Under the pieces are notes generated by a model that saw only the letters and a program-made list of their open reading frames with translations, was not told where the DNA came from and made no database searches. A stretch of DNA of 63,899 nucleotides, the filler included, from Aduncisulcus paluster (Eukaryota), in NCBI GenBank assembly GCA_024181965.1. It is 13 parts of 13 records of this genome, joined end to end, with 100 filler letters (N's around TTAATTAATTAA, not from the genome) between each part and the next. Parts side by side here need not be neighbours in the genome. Positions count along the whole stretch, not along the records: positions 1 to 1,553 come from BQXS01012011.1; positions 1,654 to 6,524 come from BQXS01012012.1; positions 6,625 to 15,766 come from BQXS01012013.1; 10 more parts are not named here. One strand, 5' to 3'. How positions within the stretch are numbered: the first letter of the stretch is position 1; each line of letters opens with the position of its first letter. The translations under genes were made by a program, and so were the position numbers. Positions 1 through 11,195 of this stretch are shown one piece after another.

Positions 1-2
1 AA

Positions 3-1553
3 GTACTTTCAGCGCAGGATTCGAGTTTCCGAACGAATGTGTACCTATGCAACCCTTTAAATGGAAAAATCATTGCTTCTCCGTGTTTATTAGATACTGG
101 GACATCCATCTCAACTGTTTCATACGCTTTAACAAAACAGCTGGGAAGTGAAATCAATTACGACGAAGTATCAACATTTGAACTTGCTGACGGATCAACG
201 AGTACATCAGTTGGAAGTGCGGAGTTAAGGGTGGAAGTTGCTGGCCTCGATGGGAAAAGAGTCACCTTTGAGGAAAAATTTATTGTCATTAGAATGAAAA
301 AGCAGACTACACATTCAATTTTATTATCTGGAGATTGTATTCGGAAATATGATCTCGTTCCGTGGAGCAAGCTGGCTTTGAAGGACGATGAGTCATCGCT
401 CCTTGACAACCGACTTGATGATGACAATATGGGATTTCCCTCGGAAGTTTTACAACCCTTGGAAATAAGGTGCGACATCAAGGAGTTGGAGGAACCAATT
501 TATTGTATTCTTCACGAATATGAAGAAATTATTGACAGAGACAGTGCCGCCAATGTGCCGGAATATAAAATAGAGCTCAAGTCTGAAACCCCCGTTCAAA
601 GGAAATTAAGGCCTCCACCGTTTGGGTTGGAGGAAGAATTAACCCAACAATTAGAAGATTTGCTTGAAAAGGGTTTCATAAGAGCGTCAAAAAGCACTTT
701 CGCTGCGCCAATAGTCGTCGTTGAGAAACCTGATAAGTCTATCAGGATGTGTATCGACTACACAGGATTGAACAAACAAATCACAGACGATATGTACCCG
801 ATTCCACTTCAATCTAGTTTATTCAGGGCTTTAAATGGTATGTCCATCTTTGCTACTTTGGATTTAAAGAATGGATACTACAATATTAGGGTGGAAGAAG
901 ATTCCATACCATACACTGCTTTTATTTCGCATAAAGGTCTTTTTGAATGGACCCGAATGCCCTTTGGGTTAAAAACTGCACCCAGTCATTTCCAAAGATG
1001 TATCAATTCAATCTTCCATGACATCGTTGGCTCTAAGGTTTTAATTTATTTAGATGATTTATTAGTATTTGGAAAGGACCAGGAAGAGTTCCTGTTGAAC
1101 TTAAAAGAAGTGATACTGAGGTTAGCTAAACACAATTTATTGTTAAATTATAAAAAGTGCAGTTTTGGAGTGGAAGAAGTAACATACCTCGGGTTTACAA
1201 TTAATAGACATGGAAGAAGAGTCACCGAGAGGAGGCTGGAAGACATGTCAAGAATTCCTACTCCCAAAAATAAGAAGGGAGTACAGAAGCTCTTGGGGGC
1301 GATTAATTTCGTTAGGGAGTTCATCCCAGATTATTCGAGGATAACTGAACCGATATCCAGATTATTAAGGCAGAAAGACTCAAAAATCTCATGGGAAACG
1401 GAACAGCAGATCGCGTGGGAAAAGGTTAATGATGTCCTGAAAAAGAAAATCATTTTGGCTCATCCGTCGAAAGGTATCCCATTTATTCTTCGCACGGATG
1501 CAAGTACCACCGGAATAGGAGGAATCTTATTACAAGTGGTGGATGGAAAAGAA
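3..1553 (+). mobile_element. pol: Ty3/Gypsy LTR retrotransposon pol (aspartic protease - reverse transcriptase - start of RNase H), truncated by window start and contig end
   Basis: Uninterrupted frame. Protease LLDTG; RT motifs RMCIDYTGLN, LDLKNGYY, MPFGLKTAP, YLDD; RNase H LRTDAS. PR-RT-RH order is Gypsy type. Confidence 0.95.
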
Positions 1554-1653
1554 NNNNNNNNNNNNNNNNNNNNNNNNNNNNNNNNNNNNNNNNNNNNTTA
1601 ATTAATTAANNNNNNNNNNNNNNNNNNNNNNNNNNNNNNNNNNNNNNNNNNNN
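1554..1653. other. Artificial contig-joining linker N44-TTAATTAATTAA-N44. Identical linkers at 6525, 15767, 17645, 19270, 21673, 33040, 36790, 44389, 47845, 49666 and 52450.
   Basis: Same 100-nt structure occurs 12 times. The core has stops in all six frames, and ORFs on either side are cut. Confidence 0.99.
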
Positions 1654-1654
1654 G

Positions 1655-3993
1655 AAATATCCAACAAAAACTGCCCCCGCTTTGTTACATTGTTTGTACT
1701 GTCTATCTGTCTGTGCGGAGTCTCCTCTGGCTGTCTATTTCTCAAATTGCAATCTATTTATGGCTCTTGACCATGGAATAACTGAGCCATTTGGTTCTCG
1801 GAAGACACCTATTGTTCCTTTCTTCCCAAGTGCGAAAAAGATTGTTGCCCTGTCCGTCCACGCCACTCCCATTCGGTGTAAGCAGCTGAACGCTCTGTTG
1901 ATGTATTTTTCTAACATGTTCCCCGGAGATATCAGGGACATTTGGCATAAGGATGATGTAATAATTGAACATCAGTGGCAACCTGCTCTGAAAGCATGGG
2001 AAATGAATAGTACCATCAGGAAGAAGGGTTGGGAAAAGAAGAGAGAAGAGAGAGATAAGAGAGATCAAAGGAGTATACAGGCCCTCGAGGACTCAAACTC
2101 TTCAGAAGAGGATGAGGAAGAGAGAGGAGGGAAGGAAGAGGAGGAAGAGGAAGAAGACCAATTATCTCAAGAAGAAGAGCAATCCGATCTGAAGGCTCAA
2201 GCTAACTTCCCGTCGTTCCAACCTCATGATATCCTTATTCCCTCGTTTTCAATATCCTACAATGGGATATTGGAGGCTGAGATAGCCCAGGGGATTCCTG
2301 ATGTGTCGGATTTCTTTAAGATTCTTGCATATTGTGAGACTGTTGATCTCAGTTTCATTCGTCTTGATTCTCTTACTCCGCAAGATAAAGTTTTTGAGAA
2401 ACTTCAACATCGACGTGTGAAGAATCTCAACCTGAGTGGAACCGGACTGTGGAGAATTGAGCCTGCTCTTCTATCTATGATAACTCAGAATCAGTGCAAT
2501 TCTTCTCTGTCTTCCCTCGTCTTGTCCCACAATCAATTCCTTCCGAAGTCAATCATTGATCTTATTCCGCCATTCAAACGTAGGAAACTTACTCTAGATT
2601 ATCTAAATTTAGACTTTTCTCTCAACGCCGTTGAGGAATCCAAAATGGATATCTCTGAACTGCTTCACCCGATTATTGTGAATAACTCTGATCTGCGACT
2701 TAGTATTCGCGGGTTGTCATGCCATTCCATCCGTCAACTCTCAACTTCATTATCAAACCATCTTGCTGCCTGTGTTTCACAAGCTAATCCCCATCCATTC
2801 TGCTGGTCTAAAAAGAAGGAACATCTGAGTGGGAGTTTGCCAGAACCCCAGCTGTGTTTCTCTCTCTTTCCAATCAGTGCAATTCTTCTCTGTCTTCCCT
2901 CGTCTTGTCCCACAATCAATTCCTTCCGAAGTCAATCATTGATCTTATTCCGCCATTCAAACGTAGGAAACTTACTCTAGATTATCTAAATTTAGACTTT
3001 TCTCTCAACGCCGTTGAGGAATCCAAAATGGATATCTCTGAACTGCTTCACCCGATTATTGTGAATAACTCTGATCTGCGACTTAGTATTCGCGGGTTGT
3101 CATGCCATTCCATCCGTCAACTCTCAACTTCATTATCAAACCATCTTGCTGCCTGTGTTTCACAAGCTAATCCCCATCCATTCTGCTGGTCTAAAAAGAA
3201 GGAACATCTGAGTGGGAGTTTGCCAGAACCCCAGCTGTGTTTCTCTCTCTTTCCCACGCATGCTGAGTTTAATGATTTCGAAGAAGCGGAGCGGAAGGCG
3301 AAAAAAGAAGGAAGAGTGGATGATGGGATGTTTTCTTTTGTTGAGGATAAACAAGATCTTGATTTATATCGTGTTATTGGAATTATTCTTGCTTCCTCTC
3401 CGTGCGCTGCCGTATCTGTCTGCAAACACAGTCAACAAATGTGGAAATATGTCTGCAAAGGAATTTGTCGAAGAGAAACTGCTGATGATGGTGCAGTCAA
3501 AATGAGAAAGATTACAACACTCAACATTGTTTGTCCTAACCCAATTGACGTCAAAGAATTTGTTTGTATATTGCAAGAAATTGACAAAGAGGAAAGAAAG
3601 GACCCCCTTGACTCTTCGGACGATATTATGAATGACCTTCGCATTGTATGGCGTGCAAGCGATGTTGGAATCATGGGATGCGGGGAGGATGTTGATATCC
3701 ATGATCATGTTGAACTGGGGAAGGATGACACTTCAGAGTCACCAAGGGAAATGGATATCGACGATATCTTCGTTCATAAGAAAGATATTGGAATTGGGAT
3801 GAAGTGGAAATCACGAATTGATTTCCAAATTATTGGTCGAATTCCACAATTCAAAGATGAGGGAAAGATTGTTGTGTGGGCAGCCATGGGAGAAGATATT
3901 GGAATTGTACCAGGTCAAGAAAAAGAAGACGAAGAAGATGATTTCAATGATGATGAAATTAGTTATGATCATGAATCTTCCTCTTTTCTCTGA
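1655..3993 (+). CDS. Hypothetical protein with acidic tract and degenerate LRR (RNI-like) segments; 5' partial; split by a 383-bp duplication
   Basis: ORFs 1682..2980 and 2854..3993 fuse in frame when one copy of the 383-bp repeat is removed. LxxLxLSxN/G-like motifs (VKNLNLSGT, LSSLVLSHN, LDYLNLDFS). Confidence 0.65.
2489..3254 (+). repeat. Exact 383-bp tandem duplication (2489-2871 / 2872-3254), probable assembly artefact
   Basis: Direct sequence identity; frameshifts the host ORF. Confidence 0.9.
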
Positions 3994-4937
3994 GTTATTG
4001 AATTTATATCCACATTGAAAATGTGAGAAGTAAATGAATTTTTGACAAAAGAAATGCTCTGTTCTTTTATTTCATTGCATGTCTTCTCTGAGCCACAAAA
4101 GTGGCTCCACCTAACACAGCTCCATAATCAGAATGGAATCCATTTTGGAACAAGAGCAAGGGCTTTTCTTTGGAACTTCCAATATTGAAGCAGAGATTTG
4201 CCATCAAATAAAAGTATCGAGGCATGAAACAGTTCTTTCTTCCAATAATTTGAAATTAGTTTAACTGTGAAGTTTCAACTGCAACTTATCATATTTTGAA
4301 ACTTTATAGTCGAATATGTAAACAAATGTGTGCGAGTTATGAAACGATAACAGGTCTTACCATAGAATAGAACACGGAAACACCAAAAACATCATAAAAC
4401 CGAGACAATGGATAATCTCAAGGAGGAGTTGTAATTCATGGATTACTACATGAACTTGGCATCGTGAATGGGAACTTTATAATTCGATGTGCTGGCAAAT
4501 CTCGGGAAATAGGAAACGATTTTGTGTCGAGAAAATAAAGCTTTGTCAGGAGTGGACTCACAATGATGCCATGTCAATACATGATCTAAAGAAAATGTTC
4601 ATATAATTTTATTTATATATTACACGATATCACTCTCTGAGATTGCCAATCGGGGGTTGTGTTCGCTCAGCAGATTTTCCTTCGTTGAAACTAATTATAG
4701 ATTTGCTGTATGTCATATCTTTTATTAAATGTGCATTAAGACATATTTTAATCGGTGTCATTCAATTATACTTACTATATTGTGCTGTGTGGTCGTTTCT
4801 TGTACGTTCTTGTTCGATGTGTCTTTGTTTATCGGACTGTTCTCCTTGAAAATCGCAATCGTTCTGTTTGTTCATAATTACTATTATTATTCTGCTTGTT
4901 TTTATTCTTTTAGATAAGATATTCTATCTCTATTCAA

Positions 4938-6050
4938 ATGAGTTCATCAACAGGTGCAATTAATCAAACTTTAGAACCTGAGTTTGTTCACGAAGGAGGT
5001 TGGGATTGTTGTCCAATTCCTAGCGATGCTCCCAATATTAAGAATGCAGAGTTTCCGACAGAATATTATACTACCACAGCAATTGATGGAACCAAGGAAG
5101 AAAGTGATGAATATGTGTACGATCAAAGTTTTAATGCACAAAAGATGATGAAAGGAGAGTGGAATGATGGTCATTTTACCCGTATTTCTATTCCTTTCTC
5201 TTCCTCTTCCCCAATGAAAGGTGCCTATATCTGTCTATCAAGCTATTCACCTCCATCACACCTTATCTTCACTCTCACATCTTCAAGAGGTGAGAAAACA
5301 TCCAAGAAATACGAGTTTCCTGAATTTGAAGAGTATCATTGGTATTTCCTTCCTGTTGATCTCCCTGATGTTGTTTTGTGTGAGATTACAGGGAAAGGAA
5401 GAGAGGAAGAGTATTTTGGAATCAAATCCCTTGTTTTCATTAGTAGAGAAGAAACATCTGAGGAAACCATTGTCCGTGAAGCCAGAGAGAAACTATGGTC
5501 TGAAGCTCCAGTTGTAAAACCAGAGTTTGTTAAGGAAGGAGATATCGAATCTAAAGGTAGAAAATCAATTCCCATTCCACGAGATGATCCAAAGCTTGTA
5601 AATCCTTTATTCTCAATGGTTATGTGCAAGAATGATAGGTATTGTAAGGATTCATGGTTATATAAAAAGAGTTCACTTGCACAAAAAATGCTAAAAGGGA
5701 TAAGTTTTGTATTTTTATCCCATCTTTCCATCCCTTTTTCACCGCCTAGTCCTATGAAAGGTGTTTATATCTGTGTTAGTAAGTATACCAGTTCTCCCTC
5801 TCTTCTCTTTACTTTCACTGATTGTTTTGGTAAGAAGACATTCAAGAAGTATGAATTCACGAAACCAAAACAGGATTATGAATGGTACTTCCTTCCTATT
5901 GATTTGTATAATGTTGTATTGTGTGAGATTGAAGGGAAAGGAAAGTGGGGGGAGAATAATTGTCGATTCTTCTGGATCTACTCCCTTGTTTTTACTAAAA
6001 TTCCAGAGGAAATTATTGTTGAACGATTATCTCTTCTTCCGTGGAAATAA
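4938..6050 (+). CDS. Lineage-specific repeat-domain protein (two copies of a ~175-aa beta-rich domain); paralog of 50191..51828
   Basis: Internal repeat SIPFSxxSPMKGxYIC...FTxT..GxKTxKKYEF..WYFLPxDLxxVVLCEIxGKG. Shared N-terminus MSSST and C-terminus RLSLLPWK with the paralog. Confidence 0.85.
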   Translation: MSSSTGAINQTLEPEFVHEGGWDCCPIPSDAPNIKNAEFPTEYYTTTAIDGTKEESDEYVYDQSFNAQKMMKGEWNDGHFTRISIPFSSSSPMKGAYICLSSYSPPSHLIFTLTSSRGEKTSKKYEFPEFEEYHWYFLPVDLPDVVLCEITGKGREEEYFGIKSLVFISREETSEETIVREAREKLWSEAPVVKPEFVKEGDIESKGRKSIPIPRDDPKLVNPLFSMVMCKNDRYCKDSWLYKKSSLAQKMLKGISFVFLSHLSIPFSPPSPMKGVYICVSKYTSSPSLLFTFTDCFGKKTFKKYEFTKPKQDYEWYFLPIDLYNVVLCEIEGKGKWGENNCRFFWIYSLVFTKIPEEIIVERLSLLPWK

Positions 6051-6624
6051 TCTCATTGTGATATTATCTCCCAATGTTCAATGTCTTCTTGCCTGTCTTA
6101 TCAAAATATACTTTTTATTAATTAGTTTTTATCATCCAATGGACTTCGGAGAAGTTCTTCTTGTTCTTGTGGCTTGCATTCATTCCTCTCTCACGTGTTC
6201 TGAAGAAGATGCTTCGTTTGATTGCATACAAAACTGTTGTGAAGGATTGTTGGAGTTTATAAAGTGCAACTCAAGTTGTCTACAAATCACAAATGTTTCA
6301 ACCATATCTCTCGTCCTCTTTACCAGTCATTATTGGCTTCTTAACAAGTACTCATTCAATATTATGTTTTTAGAAAAGTAGAGAAAGTTTCTTTGATGAA
6401 TTACGGAAACCAATTGGAAGGATCCTTTCCTCACTATGCACTACCCTTGATGACCTGTTACAACAAGCACATCAACTCCAGAAAAACGAAACTTATGCAG
6501 CCTATATGTGGAACGCTTTCAGAGNNNNNNNNNNNNNNNNNNNNNNNNNNNNNNNNNNNNNNNNNNNNTTAATTAATTAANNNNNNNNNNNNNNNNNNNN
6601 NNNNNNNNNNNNNNNNNNNNNNNN

Positions 6625-6906
6625 GTGTACTTTAGAAAAACCGTAAAGGAAATACAAATTTGCTCTCAATTGAATCAGCCAGGGATTTTTTCGTCCCAAA
6701 ATCGCTATTTGAACGGGGGTTAACGTTTCTTCGTCTGCTTTTAAGATTTCATTGTATAGTTTTAGGCATTTGGAATGTTTCGTCCGGAACGATCCATAAG
6801 ATGAAGATTCCGATGGTTCTTTATGATATACGGTACAAACACAGATTAATCGGAGTGGAATTAACAAAGATATTACGTCCGATACCTCGTTATTATGATC
6901 AGTCAT
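6625..6906 (-). CDS. Possible hypothetical protein, 3' truncated at contig edge
   Basis: Open frame from ATG 6906 to the linker, divergent from the hydrolase gene; no recognisable motif. Confidence 0.3.
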
Positions 6907-7139
6907 ATTTTTCTTGTTGGCTGATGGAATTAGTCGACAAATCTCCTTGGATCTTTTGAATTTTGGCCTGGGATTAATATGGAATTGAAAAAATAAAATA
7001 TTATAAAAGTGTTTACTTCGTCTGCTCCATAATTCTTATTTTCCATGTAACCTGAGTTTTTTCGACTGGGTAGGTCAAATCGCCTGTTTCCCAGGGTGAT
7101 TTTTTTTTGCTCTGTGGCAAGCCCTATTCCTCTGCAACC

Positions 7140-8087
7140 ATGGAATTCATCATTAAAATACCATACAATTCAAGTTATTTATCTGGTATTTTGCATTATC
7201 CAAAAACTGGAATTGTTGGTAAGGAGGTTAAGAGCCTTGAAACATTGTTTTCTGATTCTGACGAGTTAGTAATATTTGTTCATGGATTGGGAGCCCATAA
7301 GAACTCACGTAACTTCATGCCATCCTTAGCTGCGTCAATAACAAAGATTTCCCTCCGGTTTGATTTTCCTGGATGTGGTGAGTCTCCAGGAGAGTTTTCT
7401 CTGAGTTATTATGCAGAAAGTGATGTTTTATTGCATGTTATTAAATACTTTCAAGAATTGCCTTGGAATGTTAAGAAGTTTTCACTTGTTGGTCATTCTA
7501 AAGGAACAAATATCACATTATTAACTATTGCTCGCCTTGCCATAATGGCGTGCTCCCCTCTTCCTGACAATATTTCCTCTGTTATTGGGGATCATAAGAA
7601 AGATGTCATTCCATGCTCTATCCTACCATCCTTCCCTCTGCATCTTCATTCTGCATGTTTCATATGTGGACGGTATGACATGACTGTGACGCCTGAGGAT
7701 CGTTATTCGCCCGCTCAAAGGGCCGATCTAACTCGTCAAGGGTGGTTTTTGCATTCTTTCCGAAAAGATTCTGTGGTCCGTGTGACTCGTGAAATGCTAA
7801 TAGAAAAAGAGATTCTGAGGGTTGGAAATATGGCTCGTATTGTGAGACATCTCACTGACGAGAAAGAAATTCAATTTAAAAGAAGCGGGTTCATTCTTGA
7901 ATCATGTGCTGTCCTCCACCACGCTCATGATGATGTCATTCCTTTTGAGGATGGAGTCAAATTAAGCAAAGATTTGGGAGTTGTTTGTAACAGAATCGAG
8001 GGGAAATCCAGAATACCACACTGCTTTGTCGGATTGTTCGAGAAAGTTGCTGATATCTTGGAATTATGTATCACAAAAAGGATATAA
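7140..8087 (+). CDS. Alpha/beta-hydrolase fold protein (esterase/lysophospholipase-like)
   Basis: VIFVHGLG oxyanion motif, RFDFPGCGES, nucleophile elbow GHSKG, HAHDDVIP (Asp), PHCF (His). First ATG at 7140. Confidence 0.9.
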   Translation: MEFIIKIPYNSSYLSGILHYPKTGIVGKEVKSLETLFSDSDELVIFVHGLGAHKNSRNFMPSLAASITKISLRFDFPGCGESPGEFSLSYYAESDVLLHVIKYFQELPWNVKKFSLVGHSKGTNITLLTIARLAIMACSPLPDNISSVIGDHKKDVIPCSILPSFPLHLHSACFICGRYDMTVTPEDRYSPAQRADLTRQGWFLHSFRKDSVVRVTREMLIEKEILRVGNMARIVRHLTDEKEIQFKRSGFILESCAVLHHAHDDVIPFEDGVKLSKDLGVVCNRIEGKSRIPHCFVGLFEKVADILELCITKRI

Positions 8088-8192
8088 AGATATTGCCGAG
8101 ATTATCCAATCGTATAGAATAGTATAGAATAGTATATATCATATAAAATTCAAATATTTTCAATCATAATCANNNNNNNNNNNNNNNNNNNN

Positions 8193-8546
8193 GGGTTGGA
8201 AATATGGCTCGTATTGTGAGACATCTCACTGACGAGAAAGAAATTCAATTTAAAAGAAGCGGGTTCATTCTTGAATCATGTGCTGTCCTCCACCACGCTC
8301 ATGATGATGTCATTCCTTTTGAGGATGGAGTCAAATTAAGCAAAGATTTGGGAGTTGTTTGTAACAGAATCGAGGGGAAATCCAGAATACCACACTGCTT
8401 TGTCGGATTGTTCGAGAAAGTTGCTGATATCTTGGAATTATGTATCACAAAAAGGATATAAAGATATTGCCGAGATTATCCAATCGTATAGAATAGTATA
8501 GAATAGTATATATCATATAAAATTCAAATATTTTCAATCATAATCA
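8193..8546 (+). repeat. Duplicate of 7819-8172 across an N20 gap (unmerged scaffold overlap)
   Basis: Identical 354 bp on both sides of gap 8173-8192. Confidence 0.9.
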
Positions 8547-8794
8547 TGCGTTTACTGCTTTCTCGCTCTTTTTTTTTTTTTTTTTTTTTTTTTTCACCTT
8601 TTTTTATTTTAATCAACTCAACAAACTTATAAATTTACAGTAACTCAAGAATCATCATAGAGGCTCAGAAGTCAGAAAGAGAGCGAGAAAGAGAGAGAAC
8701 GAAGAGAGAGAAAGATCTGATTTAGAACCTATGAGTAAACGACGAATAAATTTCAAATAGAATGAATAATATACAATTATAATTAATAATTGAA

Positions 8795-10766
8795 TTATTT
8801 CTCAAAAGCTTCAGCGATATCCGCAGCAGTATCACATATTTCTGCGCCTTTTTCGAATATTTTGCCAGCAGTTTGAGCTTCTCCAAGACCATCGATCCCC
8901 AATACATTTCCAGCAAGATTGGCCATGAATCCAATGGTTTTCAAGTTTTCGGATAACTTTGGTTTTGACCCATTGATTCTCGTTGGAGTCATAGCTGTCG
9001 TCTTATTGGGAGTAGTAGAAGTTGACGGGGAGTAGGAGGTAGAAGCACAAGCCCCAATCAGAAGCATAAAAAGTATAATCCCTGCAAACGCAAGAGCAAA
9101 ATAATAAAATGTCACGGGATTAGGATTATCATTATCATCCCTATATTCACACCTGTTTACAGCTAATCCAAGAAGAACGAAAATGGTTCCAGCAGAAAAG
9201 AACCAAAGCATCATAACATAGATGTTGTTTATAGGCTGATGGAAACATTTACATAAAGAACCAATAATTAAGGAAAATAGGGCCCAAAATATACTCCAAA
9301 TACACAAAGCTGGACCAAAAATAGTTCGCGTAATCCAGTTTTGACCCAATCCGTGTTCAACAGCAAAATATGCGCTATCCCAACTGGGGTAGTAATTATG
9401 TTCTGCCCTTTGTTCAATATTGGGCAGTAATATCACCAAAGCTCATAAAGTCAACGAAAGAGAAGCAAAATAAAACAAACCTTGGGCAATGACAAGATGG
9501 TTTTTATCATGTGGAATGTCCTTTCTACCACATCCAACGCATTTATCTGACAGACAGTGGAACACGAGGTATAAAACTGAAAATAGGAAGATCCCAACAA
9601 CTCCAATTATCTCCAATAAGGAGGAACTATTGTTATAATACTCTTCATCTGTTGAATTTTGAGTGTATTGCACTTGAGAAATGGAAAAAACAATAATGGA
9701 TATGAAAGCAATAGCTGCACAAAATAGCCTTAAAAAAACATCAAGAAATTTCAAACAACAACCTTTTGATCTATTAGGGTCTTCATTTTCCTCATGAGTA
9801 CAGCGATAAATGATTATAGGAAGTAAAAAAGCAGCGACATATCTATCCTATTATGATAGAGTTGATGTACTCTAGAATATCAAAGCCCACGTCATAATCT
9901 AATTTTATCTCCACTTCAAACCACTTCGGAGGAGGAGGGGTGAATTTTGAAATGACGGGATTAAAATTAAGGCCAGTGTCATCAGTGATAATGATTGAGA
10001 ACAGATACGCTTCATGTGGATCGAGCTCACTGAATCCTTCAAGCTCATTGCACAGTTCAGCATAGCATATGTGCCCCTCAAGGGTTTCCTCGGAGGTGCC
10101 TTCAAGAGTTTCCTCGGAGGCAATGGATGGAGAAGAACGAATGAGGAGATTCATAATGGAGCCTTCGACACCGACAGGACTCAAAGAAGTATCCAGAACA
10201 GTGACATAGATATCAGCGACACTGCTCATGAAATCGCAAGCAAAAGAGAGGTCCTCACAAGAATCATTTAGAGACAAAGAACCAGAGGCGATCATGGGAG
10301 CACGTGGCTCGTAGGAGAATGAAAAGGAATCAAATAAAATGGCGTTGTGGGCGCACCAATCGGTATTGGTTTTATCACATTCGCCACATATCACATCACT
10401 TGCATAGAAATCGACAGTGAATTGCGCATTTTGCTCCAGAAATGTACTCAGATCGATGGAGTAGTCTGGAATGGGTGAAGTATGGCTACTGTTGTGCAGA
10501 TTCATGGAAGGCATGTTTGGATGAAATAATGTCCAAGATGAGATGTCAGATGCATCGCAATCATACCACCTATTGGAGACACAGTACCCAACATAGACAG
10601 GGTCGGATGGATTCACACTAAAATTGATTGGAAAAGAACTCTCGTCAACAAGTGATTCATCCACAAGTCCATCCAAAAGGTCAACGGAACCTGTCGCAAG
10701 AACACACCATAAGAAGGATATTACAAGGATAGAAATAGAAAAGGTCTTGATATTAACAAAGGGCAT
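8795..10766 (-). pseudogene. Disrupted gene for a signal peptide + ~280-aa ectodomain + 7 predicted TM helices protein
   Basis: Three ORFs join into one: a 4-nt GATA duplication near 9839-9846 causes frameshift/TAG, and an in-frame TGA lies at 9443-9445 (SLTL*ALVILL). Seven hydrophobic segments after repair. Confidence 0.7.
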
Positions 10767-11195
10767 CAGTTCAACAATTCAAGGAGAGAATAAACAAAAG
10801 GAATATATCGCTTGAAGTTGACAAAACTTGAAAATCCAAAACAGTGAAAAAAAAAAACTCCAATACTTTATTCGCCTATTTATATGGAATGTATTTGGTA
10901 ACAAAAATCATATAATAGCTTAAATAATAGAAATAAACAGGAAAACAGCATACTATGCTACTAGCACATCATGTGCTGAGATGATCTCAAGTTCGGAAAA
11001 ACAAAGTTTATGGAATGAAAACCAAATTCAAAATATTGTAAATATCATTTTATTTCAATTTTCTTTTCTTATTACGTGACAGAGGCCCAAGAAGCACCTC
11101 CAAAAAAAAAAAAATTATTATTCCAAAAATACTGAATAAAATCAATACATCGTTTTGTTTTGTTTGTGCTATCTTGCTTTTCTAATTGGATTTGT

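Noticed and set aside
1598..1609. Recurrent TTAATTAATTAA palindrome as a biological motif
   Set aside because: Always centred in N44 flanks; it is an artificial six-frame-stop linker. Gene neighbourhoods across linkers carry no meaning.
8204..8461. Second hydrolase gene
   Set aside because: Exact duplicate of the 3' end of 7140..8087 across an N gap.
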